Shown here in pieces: positions 1-9,606 of a stretch of 64,000 bases of DNA. This DNA is from Patescibacteria group bacterium (GTDB lineage: Bacteria > Patescibacteriota > Dojkabacteria > J137). The stretch is from NCBI GenBank assembly GCA_016861265.1, contig BOLA01000001.1:852136-916135 (forward strand), in the 5' to 3' direction. A model generated the notes under the pieces. The model was given only the letters and a program-made list of their open reading frames with translations. It did not search any database and had not been told where the DNA came from. The first letter of the stretch is position 1; every line of letters starts with the position of its first letter. The position numbers and the translations under genes are program-made.

Positions 1-26
1 AGATTAAAAACTATTAAATTATAAAT

Positions 27-1051
27 ATGAAAAGTAACTATAAAGATTTTAATTGTGAATATAATGTTGAAGGAATGCACTGTGCTGCTTGTGAATTATT
101 AATTGAGAAAAAATTTTCTAAAGTTGATGGTATACAAAAAGTAGATGCCCAACTCTCAAAAAGTAAGGTTTTTATAAAAACTAACAAGGAACTTAATGTT
201 AGTGATTTAAATGCGTTAATAGAACAAGATGGTTACAGGTTAGTTGAACAAATAAATACAAGAAATAGATTTAATTTGAAAAATTATTTTGTACCTTTTA
301 TTGCTGCAATAGTAATTTTTCTTGTTTTTCTTTTATTGCAGAAACTGGGAATAATAAATTTAACTAACACAAATTCGGAAATCACCTTGCCTTTTGTATT
401 TTTTATAGGAGTAATCGCTTCGTTATCTACATGCATGGCAGTAGTTGGGGTTTGGTTCTATCAATTTCATCTAGTTATACAAAACAACAGAAAACAGTTC
501 CATTAATTTCTTTTCACTTATCAAGGTTGTTCAGTTTTTTTGTTTTAGGCGGGATTATTGGAATGATAGGCAGTGCAGCAACACTAACGCCTTTGACATC
601 GTTTATATTGAATATAGTACTGTTTCTTGTAATGTTAATAATGGCATTTAATTTACTAGAAATTTTTTCGTTTACTAATAAATTTCAACTTAAAATGCCT
701 AAGACTTTTGCAAAGCGAATTATTAATATTGAAGATAAAGATAGTATTGTTATTCCTTTATTATTAGGTGCAGCAACATTTTTTCTTCCCTGCGGCTTTA
801 CACAATCAATGCAGCTTTATTCTCTGACTACAGGTAATGCTCTTTCGGGAGCAATAACAATGCTGGTATTTGCTTTGGGAACATTCCCAGTACTAGCAGC
901 AATAAGTTTTGCTTCAGCTAGATTCTCTAAAACATCCAATTCAGGTTTATTCTTTAAGACTGCGGGTTTTGTTGTAATCCTATTTGCTATATTTAATCTT
1001 GTGACATCTTTAGTTTCAATAGGTGTTCTGCCGCCAATCTTTAATATATAG
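27..1051 (+). pseudogene. Heavy-metal-associated (HMA) domain fused to a DsbD_2/TauE-like membrane domain, split by a frameshift at about 447-450
   Basis: ORF 27..506 has GMHCAAC (HMA) and ends its homologous part at STCMAVVG. ORF 431..1051 continues GLVLSISS...FFLPCGFTQSMQ. One extra G in the G4 run joins them. Confidence 0.75.
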
Positions 1052-1110
1052 CTAATTTATAGCCAAATCCTGGTTTTATATAATATAATTCCAGGATTAG
1101 TTAAATTGTA

Positions 1111-2289
1111 ATGCTAGATAGACAAAGAAGATCCTCTTCCGAAGTAGGTAAATTTTTTAATGAATTCAACGAGCCTTTGATTATAGAGGTGTCAGACAAA
1201 GCACTACTTCTACTCCGATTTTGGCTTACATATGCCCAAACTCAACCCCTAAAGATCGAAGATACAGATACATTATTAAAGATAATTAGACTTTGTGTAC
1301 AAGACTATACAAGTCAGCAAATAGTTCAAAAGCTGTCTGCCTACGGTATAGATGTACCAGATTCGTTCATAGATAGAATATACATAAGAATAAAAAGATT
1401 AATAATGATTATTTTAAAGGATGAGTATTCGGATTTAGATTTGGTTACCCCGGAATTTGGACTTAGAGAAGAAGAAGCAAGGGTATACGGAATTTATAAA
1501 GCTTTCTCGGAATTATCATGGCGTATAGCTGTATTAATAGGTCATAATAGGCAATTTGCAGAATTAGCCGCCTACAATCCTTTTTATACTGACTTCCTAC
1601 AATTATTTTCTTCAGGAACGAATGTAACAACTGCTCTTGAAAACGATGGATTGGAAATGAACAATTCAAAAAAACAGTCAATTTCCGAAAGCATAATATC
1701 CGCTATTGTACGTAAGAATTTTACTAAAAGTTTATATAAAGAAGTTCAAGCGTGGACTGTTTTATCGATGTTTCCTCATATTATTGAATCCGAAGACTTT
1801 GTTGCCGCAATAAAAAAATCTTTATTGCTTTATGTTGAAGGCGATTCCACAACACTTCCCAGGGTTACGGAGGTAAGGCGTTTCATGGAATTTATTGTTG
1901 TTTATTTATTCCCTTCACAAATCTCTTCAGCTGATTTCTACAGTATGACCGTAAAGCAAAGAACCTCCGCCCTAAAAACTTTTCTGGAGGATCCTATAAA
2001 ACTAAAGGAGATTGTAAACTATCTTGAAAACCTAATATGGTACTATTCAAAAACGGGGGATTTTGACTCATTTGTAAATGCAGTAAAAAGACCCGAGCTT
2101 ATGTATTCTAAAAAATATATAATGAGCACATTTTCTGCATCAATATCACTAGTTTTTTCGTGCATTCTTATTGCAACTTATACAGATTTTAATACTCTAT
2201 CAGAACAGGAGTTTATAAATTGGATCTCAAGAAATAGAAACTCAGAATGTTCATCCATTTTAAAAATAGTTGCAGGTGTGGAATCTTAG
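1111..2289 (+). CDS. Hypothetical protein
   Basis: 392-aa ORF with TATAAT upstream; no recognised motif. Confidence 0.7.
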   Translation: MLDRQRRSSSEVGKFFNEFNEPLIIEVSDKALLLLRFWLTYAQTQPLKIEDTDTLLKIIRLCVQDYTSQQIVQKLSAYGIDVPDSFIDRIYIRIKRLIMIILKDEYSDLDLVTPEFGLREEEARVYGIYKAFSELSWRIAVLIGHNRQFAELAAYNPFYTDFLQLFSSGTNVTTALENDGLEMNNSKKQSISESIISAIVRKNFTKSLYKEVQAWTVLSMFPHIIESEDFVAAIKKSLLLYVEGDSTTLPRVTEVRRFMEFIVVYLFPSQISSADFYSMTVKQRTSALKTFLEDPIKLKEIVNYLENLIWYYSKTGDFDSFVNAVKRPELMYSKKYIMSTFSASISLVFSCILIATYTDFNTLSEQEFINWISRNRNSECSSILKIVAGVES

Positions 2290-2317
2290 TCTATAATTAA
2301 ATGAATTAATAATTCCT

Positions 2318-3148
2318 ATGAAAGAATTCTGGTTAAAACTAAATTTAAGAACAAAAGTAATATTTATATTCTTTATTTTTGTAATCTTCCTTTCCTTTGT
2401 GGGGTTTGCAAATTATAAGCCTACCGAACCTACTAATACTACAGACAATTCCGAGTTTATAGATAAGATCACAAATTTAAATCCAATATTGTCTTATCCT
2501 GTTTCGTATACTAACGAATGGACGGGAAGAATTACATTAGTTCCTGTAAGGGCCCGTGAGCTTGAATATACAGCATCGAGCACTACTCAATGTACAGGAA
2601 TTATAGGAAATATGGATGTTTATTACACCCCAACTCTTGATTCCATAATGATTATAACTAATAAAAACCTCCAGAAAACCGAAACTGATTTACTCAAATT
2701 TAATACAGCTAAAGATATTATTATAGGCATAAAGGATTTTGAATCAAGTAATGCAGAACTAAACACATTTCAAACCTATTGCTCGTATTTTACTCTTTAT
2801 AAAATAGATGAATTAAATAACACTTATGTTGGAACCGATTCCTCGCGGTCAATCTTGGGTCTTGGCTTAAGAAAGGAAGACTATGTTGATAATATTTCAA
2901 ACGTAGGATTGTACATTTACGTATACGGCGTTAAAGATGATAACCTGATTCAACTCAGCAGAAGTTTACAGGGTAGCTTTATATTCTCCCAATCTAACTG
3001 GGAACTTTGTCGAACAAAAGCATTGCAAAAAGATCAAAATGAATGTTTAAGTAATTTATATGAATCGGATTTATCTATGAGAAGTAAAATTGAAAGTGAG
3101 GCGTTAAATTTAATCTCCGAATTTAAACTTATAGATGAAGCAGAATAA
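2318..3148 (+). CDS. Hypothetical membrane-anchored extracellular protein
   Basis: 276 aa; N-terminal hydrophobic helix, polar remainder with 4 Cys. Confidence 0.75.
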   Translation: MKEFWLKLNLRTKVIFIFFIFVIFLSFVGFANYKPTEPTNTTDNSEFIDKITNLNPILSYPVSYTNEWTGRITLVPVRARELEYTASSTTQCTGIIGNMDVYYTPTLDSIMIITNKNLQKTETDLLKFNTAKDIIIGIKDFESSNAELNTFQTYCSYFTLYKIDELNNTYVGTDSSRSILGLGLRKEDYVDNISNVGLYIYVYGVKDDNLIQLSRSLQGSFIFSQSNWELCRTKALQKDQNECLSNLYESDLSMRSKIESEALNLISEFKLIDEAE

Positions 3149-3293
3149 TAAATTAACAATTGCTATTTTAATCCCGATATTTCTTCTAATCCTATTTTTG
3201 TGCGGATGTTGTATTCTAACGATTGTTTTATACAATCATTGATTTCTACTTAGTTAAAGTATAGACTTTTTATATATTTCATTAATTTTTTAT

Positions 3294-4034
3294 ATGAAAA
3301 AATTTCTAGTGGTGGCTACTTCCCTGGTAATGATTATTACCAATATTCTCGCGAATGCGGTTCCCTTTAATAATCAGACAACAAAACAAATCTCTGATTC
3401 CTTTAAAGTATTTTTTGTTCCTGCAGGCTATGTTTTTGCAATCTGGGGTGTAATTTATTTGGGAATAATATTATTCAATATACTATTACTAACTAAGAAG
3501 GATGATAGTAAAAAGTTAAACAAAGTATTATGGGCTGTTGTAATATCGAATTTGGCTAATACAGCTTGGATTTTCTTATGGCACTACAATTATGTTGTTT
3601 TAAGTGTGGTCGTTATGCTTGTTCTGCTTGCAAGTCTAATATATATATATTTAAATCTTAATGTAAGAAAAGATTTGAATAAAAATGAATATTTATTTGC
3701 AAAAATTCCCTTTGGAATTTATCTTGGTTGGATTACTGTCGCCACAGTTGCGAACATAACAGTAGCACTTTATTCGTTAAATTGGGATGGCTTTGGAATT
3801 GATGGTCCTACATGGGCTACCTTACTTGTAGTAGTCTCGGCATTGCTAGGCATAATAATGTTGTTAAGGCACAGAGATGTAGCTTACTCGCTTGTTATTA
3901 TATGGGCTCTTATGGGAATTGCGGTTAATTTTTCTGGACTCAGCTTATTAAATACGGTAAGCCTAGGAAGTTGTTTGGTACTTTCCTTTGTTGTTGTATA
4001 TACTGTTTATAAGAAGTTTTTAAAGAAGGCCTAA
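3294..4034 (+). CDS. Tryptophan-rich sensory (TspO/MBR-like) membrane protein
   Basis: Multi-TM; motifs FVPAGYVFAIWGVIY, WIFLWH, GIYLGWITVAT. Confidence 0.75.
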   Translation: MKKFLVVATSLVMIITNILANAVPFNNQTTKQISDSFKVFFVPAGYVFAIWGVIYLGIILFNILLLTKKDDSKKLNKVLWAVVISNLANTAWIFLWHYNYVVLSVVVMLVLLASLIYIYLNLNVRKDLNKNEYLFAKIPFGIYLGWITVATVANITVALYSLNWDGFGIDGPTWATLLVVVSALLGIIMLLRHRDVAYSLVIIWALMGIAVNFSGLSLLNTVSLGSCLVLSFVVVYTVYKKFLKKA

Positions 4035-4747
4035 TGTCTAGAAAATTTATTGCATTTCTAATTACAGTTTTTATTATTGTGGTACTTTCGTTGGTTGGTG
4101 TAGGTATTACATATATTCTTAGAGTTACTAACATTGACAGTAGTGTCAGAAATTTTCTAGAACGAAGAGATGTAGTTTCCTACACCACGGTTACTACTGT
4201 GGTGTCTTCTCCAGTATCTGATTTGGATAAAATTCCAGATAAAATAACAGTTCTAGATGCCACAACATCAAAACTAACATCGGAAGTATTAAAATTAACA
4301 TTTAATTACCAGTCCCTTGTAGGAAACTTTTCAGTACTTACAAATAAAAAGGGTAACAGAATATCAATTAAATCGGCAGAACAGGCTGAGGCTGATTCTC
4401 AGTATGTAGAATTATATTCTAAAAAAACAGATGAAAGCTTTGAGCAGGCCATAAATAGAATATTTTTAGATGGCGTGCCGGAAACTTTCTGCTACTTTAA
4501 ACCAGAAGCATTAAGTTATAAATTCGACAATAAAAACTATATCTTTGCTAGTATTATTGCTGGTACAGGCGTCAATCCGGAACAATGCCCTACTCCTTAC
4601 ACACGTAATCCCAATTCTGGCACCAGATTCTTTTTCTACGACCCTGCATTCCCTGATAGATTAGGATTTATTTATGTAGGAAATACATTTATTCCGGGGT
4701 CCACGGCATCTTCAAATTGGTTTGAGTCACTTCAATTTATTCAATAG
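4034..4747 (+). CDS. Hypothetical membrane-anchored protein
   Basis: 237 aa, N-terminal TM helix, TAATG coupling to the upstream gene. Confidence 0.75.
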   Translation: MSRKFIAFLITVFIIVVLSLVGVGITYILRVTNIDSSVRNFLERRDVVSYTTVTTVVSSPVSDLDKIPDKITVLDATTSKLTSEVLKLTFNYQSLVGNFSVLTNKKGNRISIKSAEQAEADSQYVELYSKKTDESFEQAINRIFLDGVPETFCYFKPEALSYKFDNKNYIFASIIAGTGVNPEQCPTPYTRNPNSGTRFFFYDPAFPDRLGFIYVGNTFIPGSTASSNWFESLQFIQ

Positions 4748-4806
4748 CTTTTCAAACGATAGGTTGTATATTATAATTATACACCGCTCGTTTATGGAGG
4801 TGTTGA

Positions 4807-5103
4807 ATGGAATCTGATGTAGTTTTACGAATGTCCGTTCAGATATGGCAATTAATCCAATTATTAGGATTTGGCTGTCTAATTCTGAGCTGGCTGCTAT
4901 TTGCTTATGGGCTTGCCCAAAAGTTGAACGGAAGTAAACGAAAATGGATTAGGACACTATTAGTGTCACTTATGTTCCTTGTGATCTTTGGTATTTCAGT
5001 TTTTATCACAATAACTACGGAGTTGTTTGATGAAAGAACCCAAAGAATGTTCGATGAGAACATAACAATCCCCTTAATTACTGAAGAAAATCAGGGGCAT
5101 TGA
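4807..5103 (+). CDS. Small 2-TM hypothetical protein (SD-led orphan)
   Basis: GGAGGTG before the ATG, TATAAT at 4772-4777, hairpin at 5121-5145. Confidence 0.7.
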   Translation: MESDVVLRMSVQIWQLIQLLGFGCLILSWLLFAYGLAQKLNGSKRKWIRTLLVSLMFLVIFGISVFITITTELFDERTQRMFDENITIPLITEENQGH

Positions 5104-5120
5104 CAGTAAAAGAGCGTATA

Positions 5121-5145
5121 AAGGGCAACAAATAATGTTGCCCTT
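5121..5145 (+). terminator. Stem-loop terminator
   Basis: aagggcaaca-aataa-tgttgccctt inverted repeat after the stop codon. Confidence 0.6.
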
Positions 5146-5259
5146 CGCATTTCTTATGTACTGCCATATTCCGTTGACAATCACAAACGGCCTATGGCCC
5201 TTCTAGGGATAGATTTTAGAGACCTATATTGTAATGTTATTGTAAATTTACCATCTGTA

Positions 5260-5289
5260 TTGACAATTACATATAAATAAGGGTATAAT
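5260..5289 (+). promoter_or_regulatory. Sigma70 promoter TTGACA-N18-TATAAT
   Basis: Consensus -35 at 5260-5265 and -10 at 5284-5289, upstream of 5322. Confidence 0.8.
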
Positions 5290-5321
5290 ATATTTGTTCA
5301 TAAAAAATTTGCGGAGGATGT

Positions 5322-5663
5322 ATGGCACAGCAAGTACGCCACTATCGCTCGTCCACCCATCAGTTGGACTTTTCTCGCCTTGACCCGCGTAAGCGGACTT
5401 GGTTGGATAAGGCTCTTGATTGGGCTGGTATCGTATGGACAGTGGTAAGGCTTGCCGCTACTGCTGTCCTCTCAATTGTCTTCTTCGGGTATGTAGGCAC
5501 TGTAGGAATGAACTTCTTCGGTGTCAGCACCTATGCTCAGATGCCTCACAGCATCTATACCACGTGGTTGCTCATGTCCGGGGTTGGCACTTTCCTGATC
5601 GGTGTAGTATTTTTCTGGGGTGAGATTTTCCCTCAGAAGTCGAAAACTCGCCGCTCACGGTAG
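5322..5663 (+). CDS. Small GC-rich 2-TM hypothetical protein (SD-led orphan)
   Basis: GGAGG at 5313-5317, visibly GC-richer than flanks, downstream hairpin gagcgtca...tgacgctc followed by a T tract. Confidence 0.75.
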   Translation: MAQQVRHYRSSTHQLDFSRLDPRKRTWLDKALDWAGIVWTVVRLAATAVLSIVFFGYVGTVGMNFFGVSTYAQMPHSIYTTWLLMSGVGTFLIGVVFFWGEIFPQKSKTRRSR

Positions 5664-5810
5664 TTCGTGAACACGCTCAGGAGCGTCACTTGTCTCAGAC
5701 AAGCTGACGCTCTAACCTTTTTTAGAGGCTAGACTTTCAATTTACACTAAATTTATAATCCCAGTCAAGGTATACTTTAGATATTGTTACTGTTATATTG
5801 TTTTACTATA

Positions 5811-5838
5811 AAAAAAGGAGCTTTCGCTCCCTTTTTTT
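5811..5838. terminator. Intrinsic terminator downstream of Hsp20 (bidirectional shape)
   Basis: A-run, ggagc-tttc-gctcc, T-run. Confidence 0.7.
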
Positions 5839-5854
5839 ATTCTTTTGAAATGTT

Positions 5855-6292
5855 TTATTTTTTAGAAGTCTTTATAGCAATCGTCTTTGGCTTAACTTCT
5901 TCCATTTTAGGTAATGTTACTGTAATTACACCATTCTCAAAGCTTGCTTCTGCCTTTTCTGCATCTACTCTGGTAGGCAAAGATATAGATCTAATAAAGC
6001 TCTCACTTCTGATTTCCTTTAGGTGATACTTCTTGCCGCCCTCTTTTTGTTCATTTTCCTCCTGAATTTTGCCTTCTATTGTTAAAACGTTATCCTCTGT
6101 TGTTATAGTTACATCTTCCTCTTTGTAACCGGGGGCCTTAGCCTTAATTACAACTTCCGATTCCGTTTCGTACATATCTACATCTAACTGGGTAGCCATC
6201 ATTGTGCTTAGTCCTGTAGTATTAAAAAATTCATCTAAAAAAGTATCGAAAATTTGTGATGGTCTTACAACTGTTATTCTTCTATCGTTCAT
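5855..6292 (-). CDS. Hsp20/alpha-crystallin small heat-shock protein
   Basis: VDMYET...APG...VLTIEG...F.RSISLP...A.FENGVITVTLPK and a C-terminal IAI motif. Confidence 0.95.
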   Translation of the reverse strand: MNDRRITVVRPSQIFDTFLDEFFNTTGLSTMMATQLDVDMYETESEVVIKAKAPGYKEEDVTITTEDNVLTIEGKIQEENEQKEGGKKYHLKEIRSESFIRSISLPTRVDAEKAEASFENGVITVTLPKMEEVKPKTIAIKTSKK

Positions 6293-6313
6293 AATTTGAA
6301 TTTAACAAATAAT

Positions 6314-6340
6314 TTAGCAGTCAACTTGTCCTGCTGCTAA
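6314..6340. promoter_or_regulatory. CIRCE-like operator (HrcA) upstream of Hsp20
   Basis: TTAGCAGTC-N9-TGCTGCTAA versus consensus TTAGCACTC-N9-GAGTGCTAA. Confidence 0.75.
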
Positions 6341-6375
6341 ATTATATATTACAAAAAAAAATATTGTCAAGAATT

Positions 6376-6696
6376 CTAACCTAGGGTCTGTAGAATAAGG
6401 TTTATACACTTATCTATTCTATCGATATCTTCACTATTAGTTAATCTAGAGTTAAATTCCTTAGAGCGTATGAATTTAATCTCAAATTTAACACTTTTTA
6501 GTATGGATTTAGGGATTAAGTTGTCTAGAATCGCAAGTTCAAGCAAGAATGCTAATTGAGTAAACCAACCTTTTCTAACCTTCCAACCTTTACTCCCCGC
6601 TTTTGCAGAAGTACTATGAACAAGCTCAGTAGGAATTTCGTTTGTAAACGAATCTCTATAAAAAATTAATCTTTGTTTGAATTTATCTGTAGTCAT
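6376..6696 (-). CDS. Hypothetical protein
   Basis: 106-aa ATG ORF divergent from tgt. Confidence 0.6.
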   Translation of the reverse strand: MTTDKFKQRLIFYRDSFTNEIPTELVHSTSAKAGSKGWKVRKGWFTQLAFLLELAILDNLIPKSILKSVKFEIKFIRSKEFNSRLTNSEDIDRIDKCINLILQTLG

Positions 6697-6760
6697 ACAA
6701 ATAGTATTATTTACTGGTATTTTAGCATTGTTTACATATATTATAGGTTATAATTACAGA

Positions 6761-7879
6761 ATGTCTAAAAGCCAAATTATAGAAATAAAACATGGGAATT
6801 TAACACTGCCTGCATTCATGCCGGATGCTACATATGGCTCTGTTAAAGCAGTCAGTTTTGATGATGTAGCAAAGACGGGAACGGAGGCAATTGTTACCAC
6901 TACTCTACATATAGAACAAAAAATCGGCAGTTTGTATATAAAGGAGTTTGGGGGTTTGCACAAATTCTTTGGCTGGAATAGGCCAATTCTTACAGATAGT
7001 GGGGGATGGCAAGTATTTAGTCTTATACAAAGTAAAAGAGATAAGGGTAAAAACAAAATAACAGATTTGGGTTGCTCTTTTGTTGATCCCAATACGGGAG
7101 AGCATGCTTTACTTACTCCTGAATCATCTCAGGTTATTCAGAATAATCTAGGGGCAGACATAGTAACAGTTTTAGATAATCCTATACTTGGAGATGCAAG
7201 CTATGCAGAAAGAAAGGACTGTGTAAGAATAAATACTCTATGGGCTAAAAGAAGTAAGAAAGAATTTGAAAGATTAAACAAAGATGTTGACTGCAAGTCT
7301 TTGATAGGAGCGGTAATTCAAGGCGGTAATGATACCGAATTAAGAAAGATAAGCGCGGAACAACTACTGGAGATTGATTTTGATATATATAATTTTGGTG
7401 GAATGCCTTTACACACTCAAGTGACTTGGCTCACTGAATCGAAAAAGGGTTTCTATCATGAAATGCTTGAGTATGTGTCTAGCTTAATTCCGAATAGCAA
7501 ATATAAATATGCAATGGGTGTAGGACAACCCGACGACATTGCTTTTTGTGTGGATGTTGGCTGGGATTTATTCGATACCGTTTTGCCCACAAGAAATGCA
7601 AGACATGGTTTGCTCTACGTCAGTGAAGGGCAAGGTGAAACTACAAAATCATATAAGAATCTAAGTTACGACACATTGCACTTAAAAACCGAAAGATATA
7701 AATTTGATGACAAGCCACTAGATGAAAACTGCTCCTGTGAAGCTTGCAGGACCGTAAGCAGGGCATATTTAAGACACTTGGTAAGATTGGGTGAAGCAAG
7801 TGGATTGCGATTGGCAACAATTCATAATCTGCAGTTCTATGCTGATTGGATGAATAAAATTAGAACCAATAAAAAATAA
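6761..7879 (+). CDS. tgt: tRNA-guanine transglycosylase
   Basis: ILTDSGGWQVFSL, MGVG.PDD, DTVLPTRNARHG, C-x-C-x2-C...HN zinc site. Start placed at ATG 6761 rather than TTG 6677. Confidence 0.95.
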   Translation: MSKSQIIEIKHGNLTLPAFMPDATYGSVKAVSFDDVAKTGTEAIVTTTLHIEQKIGSLYIKEFGGLHKFFGWNRPILTDSGGWQVFSLIQSKRDKGKNKITDLGCSFVDPNTGEHALLTPESSQVIQNNLGADIVTVLDNPILGDASYAERKDCVRINTLWAKRSKKEFERLNKDVDCKSLIGAVIQGGNDTELRKISAEQLLEIDFDIYNFGGMPLHTQVTWLTESKKGFYHEMLEYVSSLIPNSKYKYAMGVGQPDDIAFCVDVGWDLFDTVLPTRNARHGLLYVSEGQGETTKSYKNLSYDTLHLKTERYKFDDKPLDENCSCEACRTVSRAYLRHLVRLGEASGLRLATIHNLQFYADWMNKIRTNKK

Positions 7880-7991
7880 ATTCGTAGATTACAGCCACGC
7901 AATTGCAATAATATACACATGTTTGATTTCCAACTCTTAACTTATTAATATATACTGTAATAGTTTAGTTTATGTATTAAAAGTTAAGAAC

Positions 7992-9545
7992 ATGCCCATT
8001 TCTCCAAAAAGACCAAGACCAGTTGTATTAGTATCAATGGATGGTGTTGGAGTCGCTCCTCCAGGACCTGGAAATGCAATTACCTTAGCTAATACCCAAA
8101 ATTTAGATAAATATTGGCCAATGTATCCTCATACCTATTTAGAGGCTGCAGGTTTAAATGTTGGCCTACCTTCCGGTACAGATGGAAACAGCGAGGTAGG
8201 ACACATGACTATGGGAGCAGGAAAAGTAATTTTTCAGAACTTACCTAGAATTGATAATGCAATCAGAACTGGATCATTCTTTCAGAACCCTGCAATTAAA
8301 CAGGCATTTGACTTTGCTAAAAAACATAACGGGAACGTACATTTGCTAGGATTAGTAGGCAGTGGTTTTGTACACGCATCTATGGATCACCTAGAGGCAA
8401 TTATTAAATTTGCTGCATTAGAAAAAATAGATTCCAATAGATTATTTGTTCATGCAATTACAGATGGAAGAGATTCACCTCCAAAGTCGGCTATTGAAAT
8501 TCTTGAAAAAATTGAGACGTGGTTAATACAAAGAAGAGTTGGAAAGCTAGCTTCCATTATTGGTAGAGCCTATGCTATGGATAGAAACAGGAATTGGACA
8601 AGAACTAAAATGGCTTACGATTTGTATACAATTGGGGGAACTAAGACTAAAGATTGGCATAAGGCTATAGAAGAATCTTACAAAAAAAATATTCTAGATG
8701 AATATTTTGAACCGATGAGCATAGTTAAAGGTAATGAGGATCCTGTTGTTATAAAGGAAAATGATGCAGTAATATTCTTTAACTTTAGACCAGACAGAGC
8801 ATACCAAATTGATTTAGCATTCGAAGCGGAGGAATTTAAGGAATGGGACAGAAATAAAATTAATAATCTATATTGGGTAGGTATGACTGATTACGAAAAC
8901 GGCTATCCTAAGATTAAAGCATTCCCTCCTGAAAAGGTAACAGTTCCATTGGGTAAAGTTCTATCCAGCAATGGATTAAAACAGTTGAGAATTGCGGAAT
9001 CCGAGAAATTTCCTCATGTGACTTATTTTTTTAATGGTCAGAATAAGGAAATTTCAGCTGGTGAAACCTGGATTGAAGTACCTTCACCAAAAGATGTTGC
9101 AACTTACGACCTAAAACCCGAAATGAGTCAGAAATGGGTTACAGATGTTTTAGTAGATAAAATTAAATCTGAACAATACGATTTTATAATGGTTAACTAC
9201 GCTGGACCTGACATGGTTGGTCACACTGGAGTAATAGATGCTGCGGTCAAGGCAATGGATGTATGCGATCAATGTTTAGGTAGACTTGTTGATGCAGTGT
9301 TACAACAAGACGGCGCAGTCGTAATTGCTGCCGATCACGGAAATGCTGAGGAAATGATTGATACTCAAACAGGGGCACCTGATACAAAACATTCAACTAA
9401 CCAGATTCCATTCTTGGTTATTGCTAACAATTTACCAGGAAGAGAATTGCCTGTTGGTGGTTTGGCAGATATTGCACCAACAATATTAAGCCTAATGGGT
9501 TTAGAAATACCTCCAGAAATGACAGGAAGAAATTTATTGGGTTAA
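7992..9545 (+). CDS. gpmI: 2,3-BPG-independent phosphoglycerate mutase
   Basis: GNSEVGH, TDGRD, NFRPDR, ESEKFPHVTYFF, DMVGHTG, ADHGNAE. Confidence 0.97.
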   Translation: MPISPKRPRPVVLVSMDGVGVAPPGPGNAITLANTQNLDKYWPMYPHTYLEAAGLNVGLPSGTDGNSEVGHMTMGAGKVIFQNLPRIDNAIRTGSFFQNPAIKQAFDFAKKHNGNVHLLGLVGSGFVHASMDHLEAIIKFAALEKIDSNRLFVHAITDGRDSPPKSAIEILEKIETWLIQRRVGKLASIIGRAYAMDRNRNWTRTKMAYDLYTIGGTKTKDWHKAIEESYKKNILDEYFEPMSIVKGNEDPVVIKENDAVIFFNFRPDRAYQIDLAFEAEEFKEWDRNKINNLYWVGMTDYENGYPKIKAFPPEKVTVPLGKVLSSNGLKQLRIAESEKFPHVTYFFNGQNKEISAGETWIEVPSPKDVATYDLKPEMSQKWVTDVLVDKIKSEQYDFIMVNYAGPDMVGHTGVIDAAVKAMDVCDQCLGRLVDAVLQQDGAVVIAADHGNAEEMIDTQTGAPDTKHSTNQIPFLVIANNLPGRELPVGGLADIAPTILSLMGLEIPPEMTGRNLLG

Positions 9546-9557
9546 ATTTGCATCTAG

Positions 9558-9586
9558 AAGTAGGGCGAGCTTTGCTCGCCCTACTT
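9558..9586. terminator. Hairpin between convergent gpmI and pyrG (REP-like, GTAG-led)
   Basis: aagtagggcgagc-ttt-gctcgccctactt perfect inverted repeat. Confidence 0.7.
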
Positions 9587-9606
9587 TACTATTACTTTTT
9601 CATTCC

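Noticed and set aside
6677-6760. N-terminal TM extension on Tgt (and a similar extension on MraY from 51065)
   Set aside because: Arises from upstream TTG starts overlapping promoter DNA; the downstream ATGs fit the families better.
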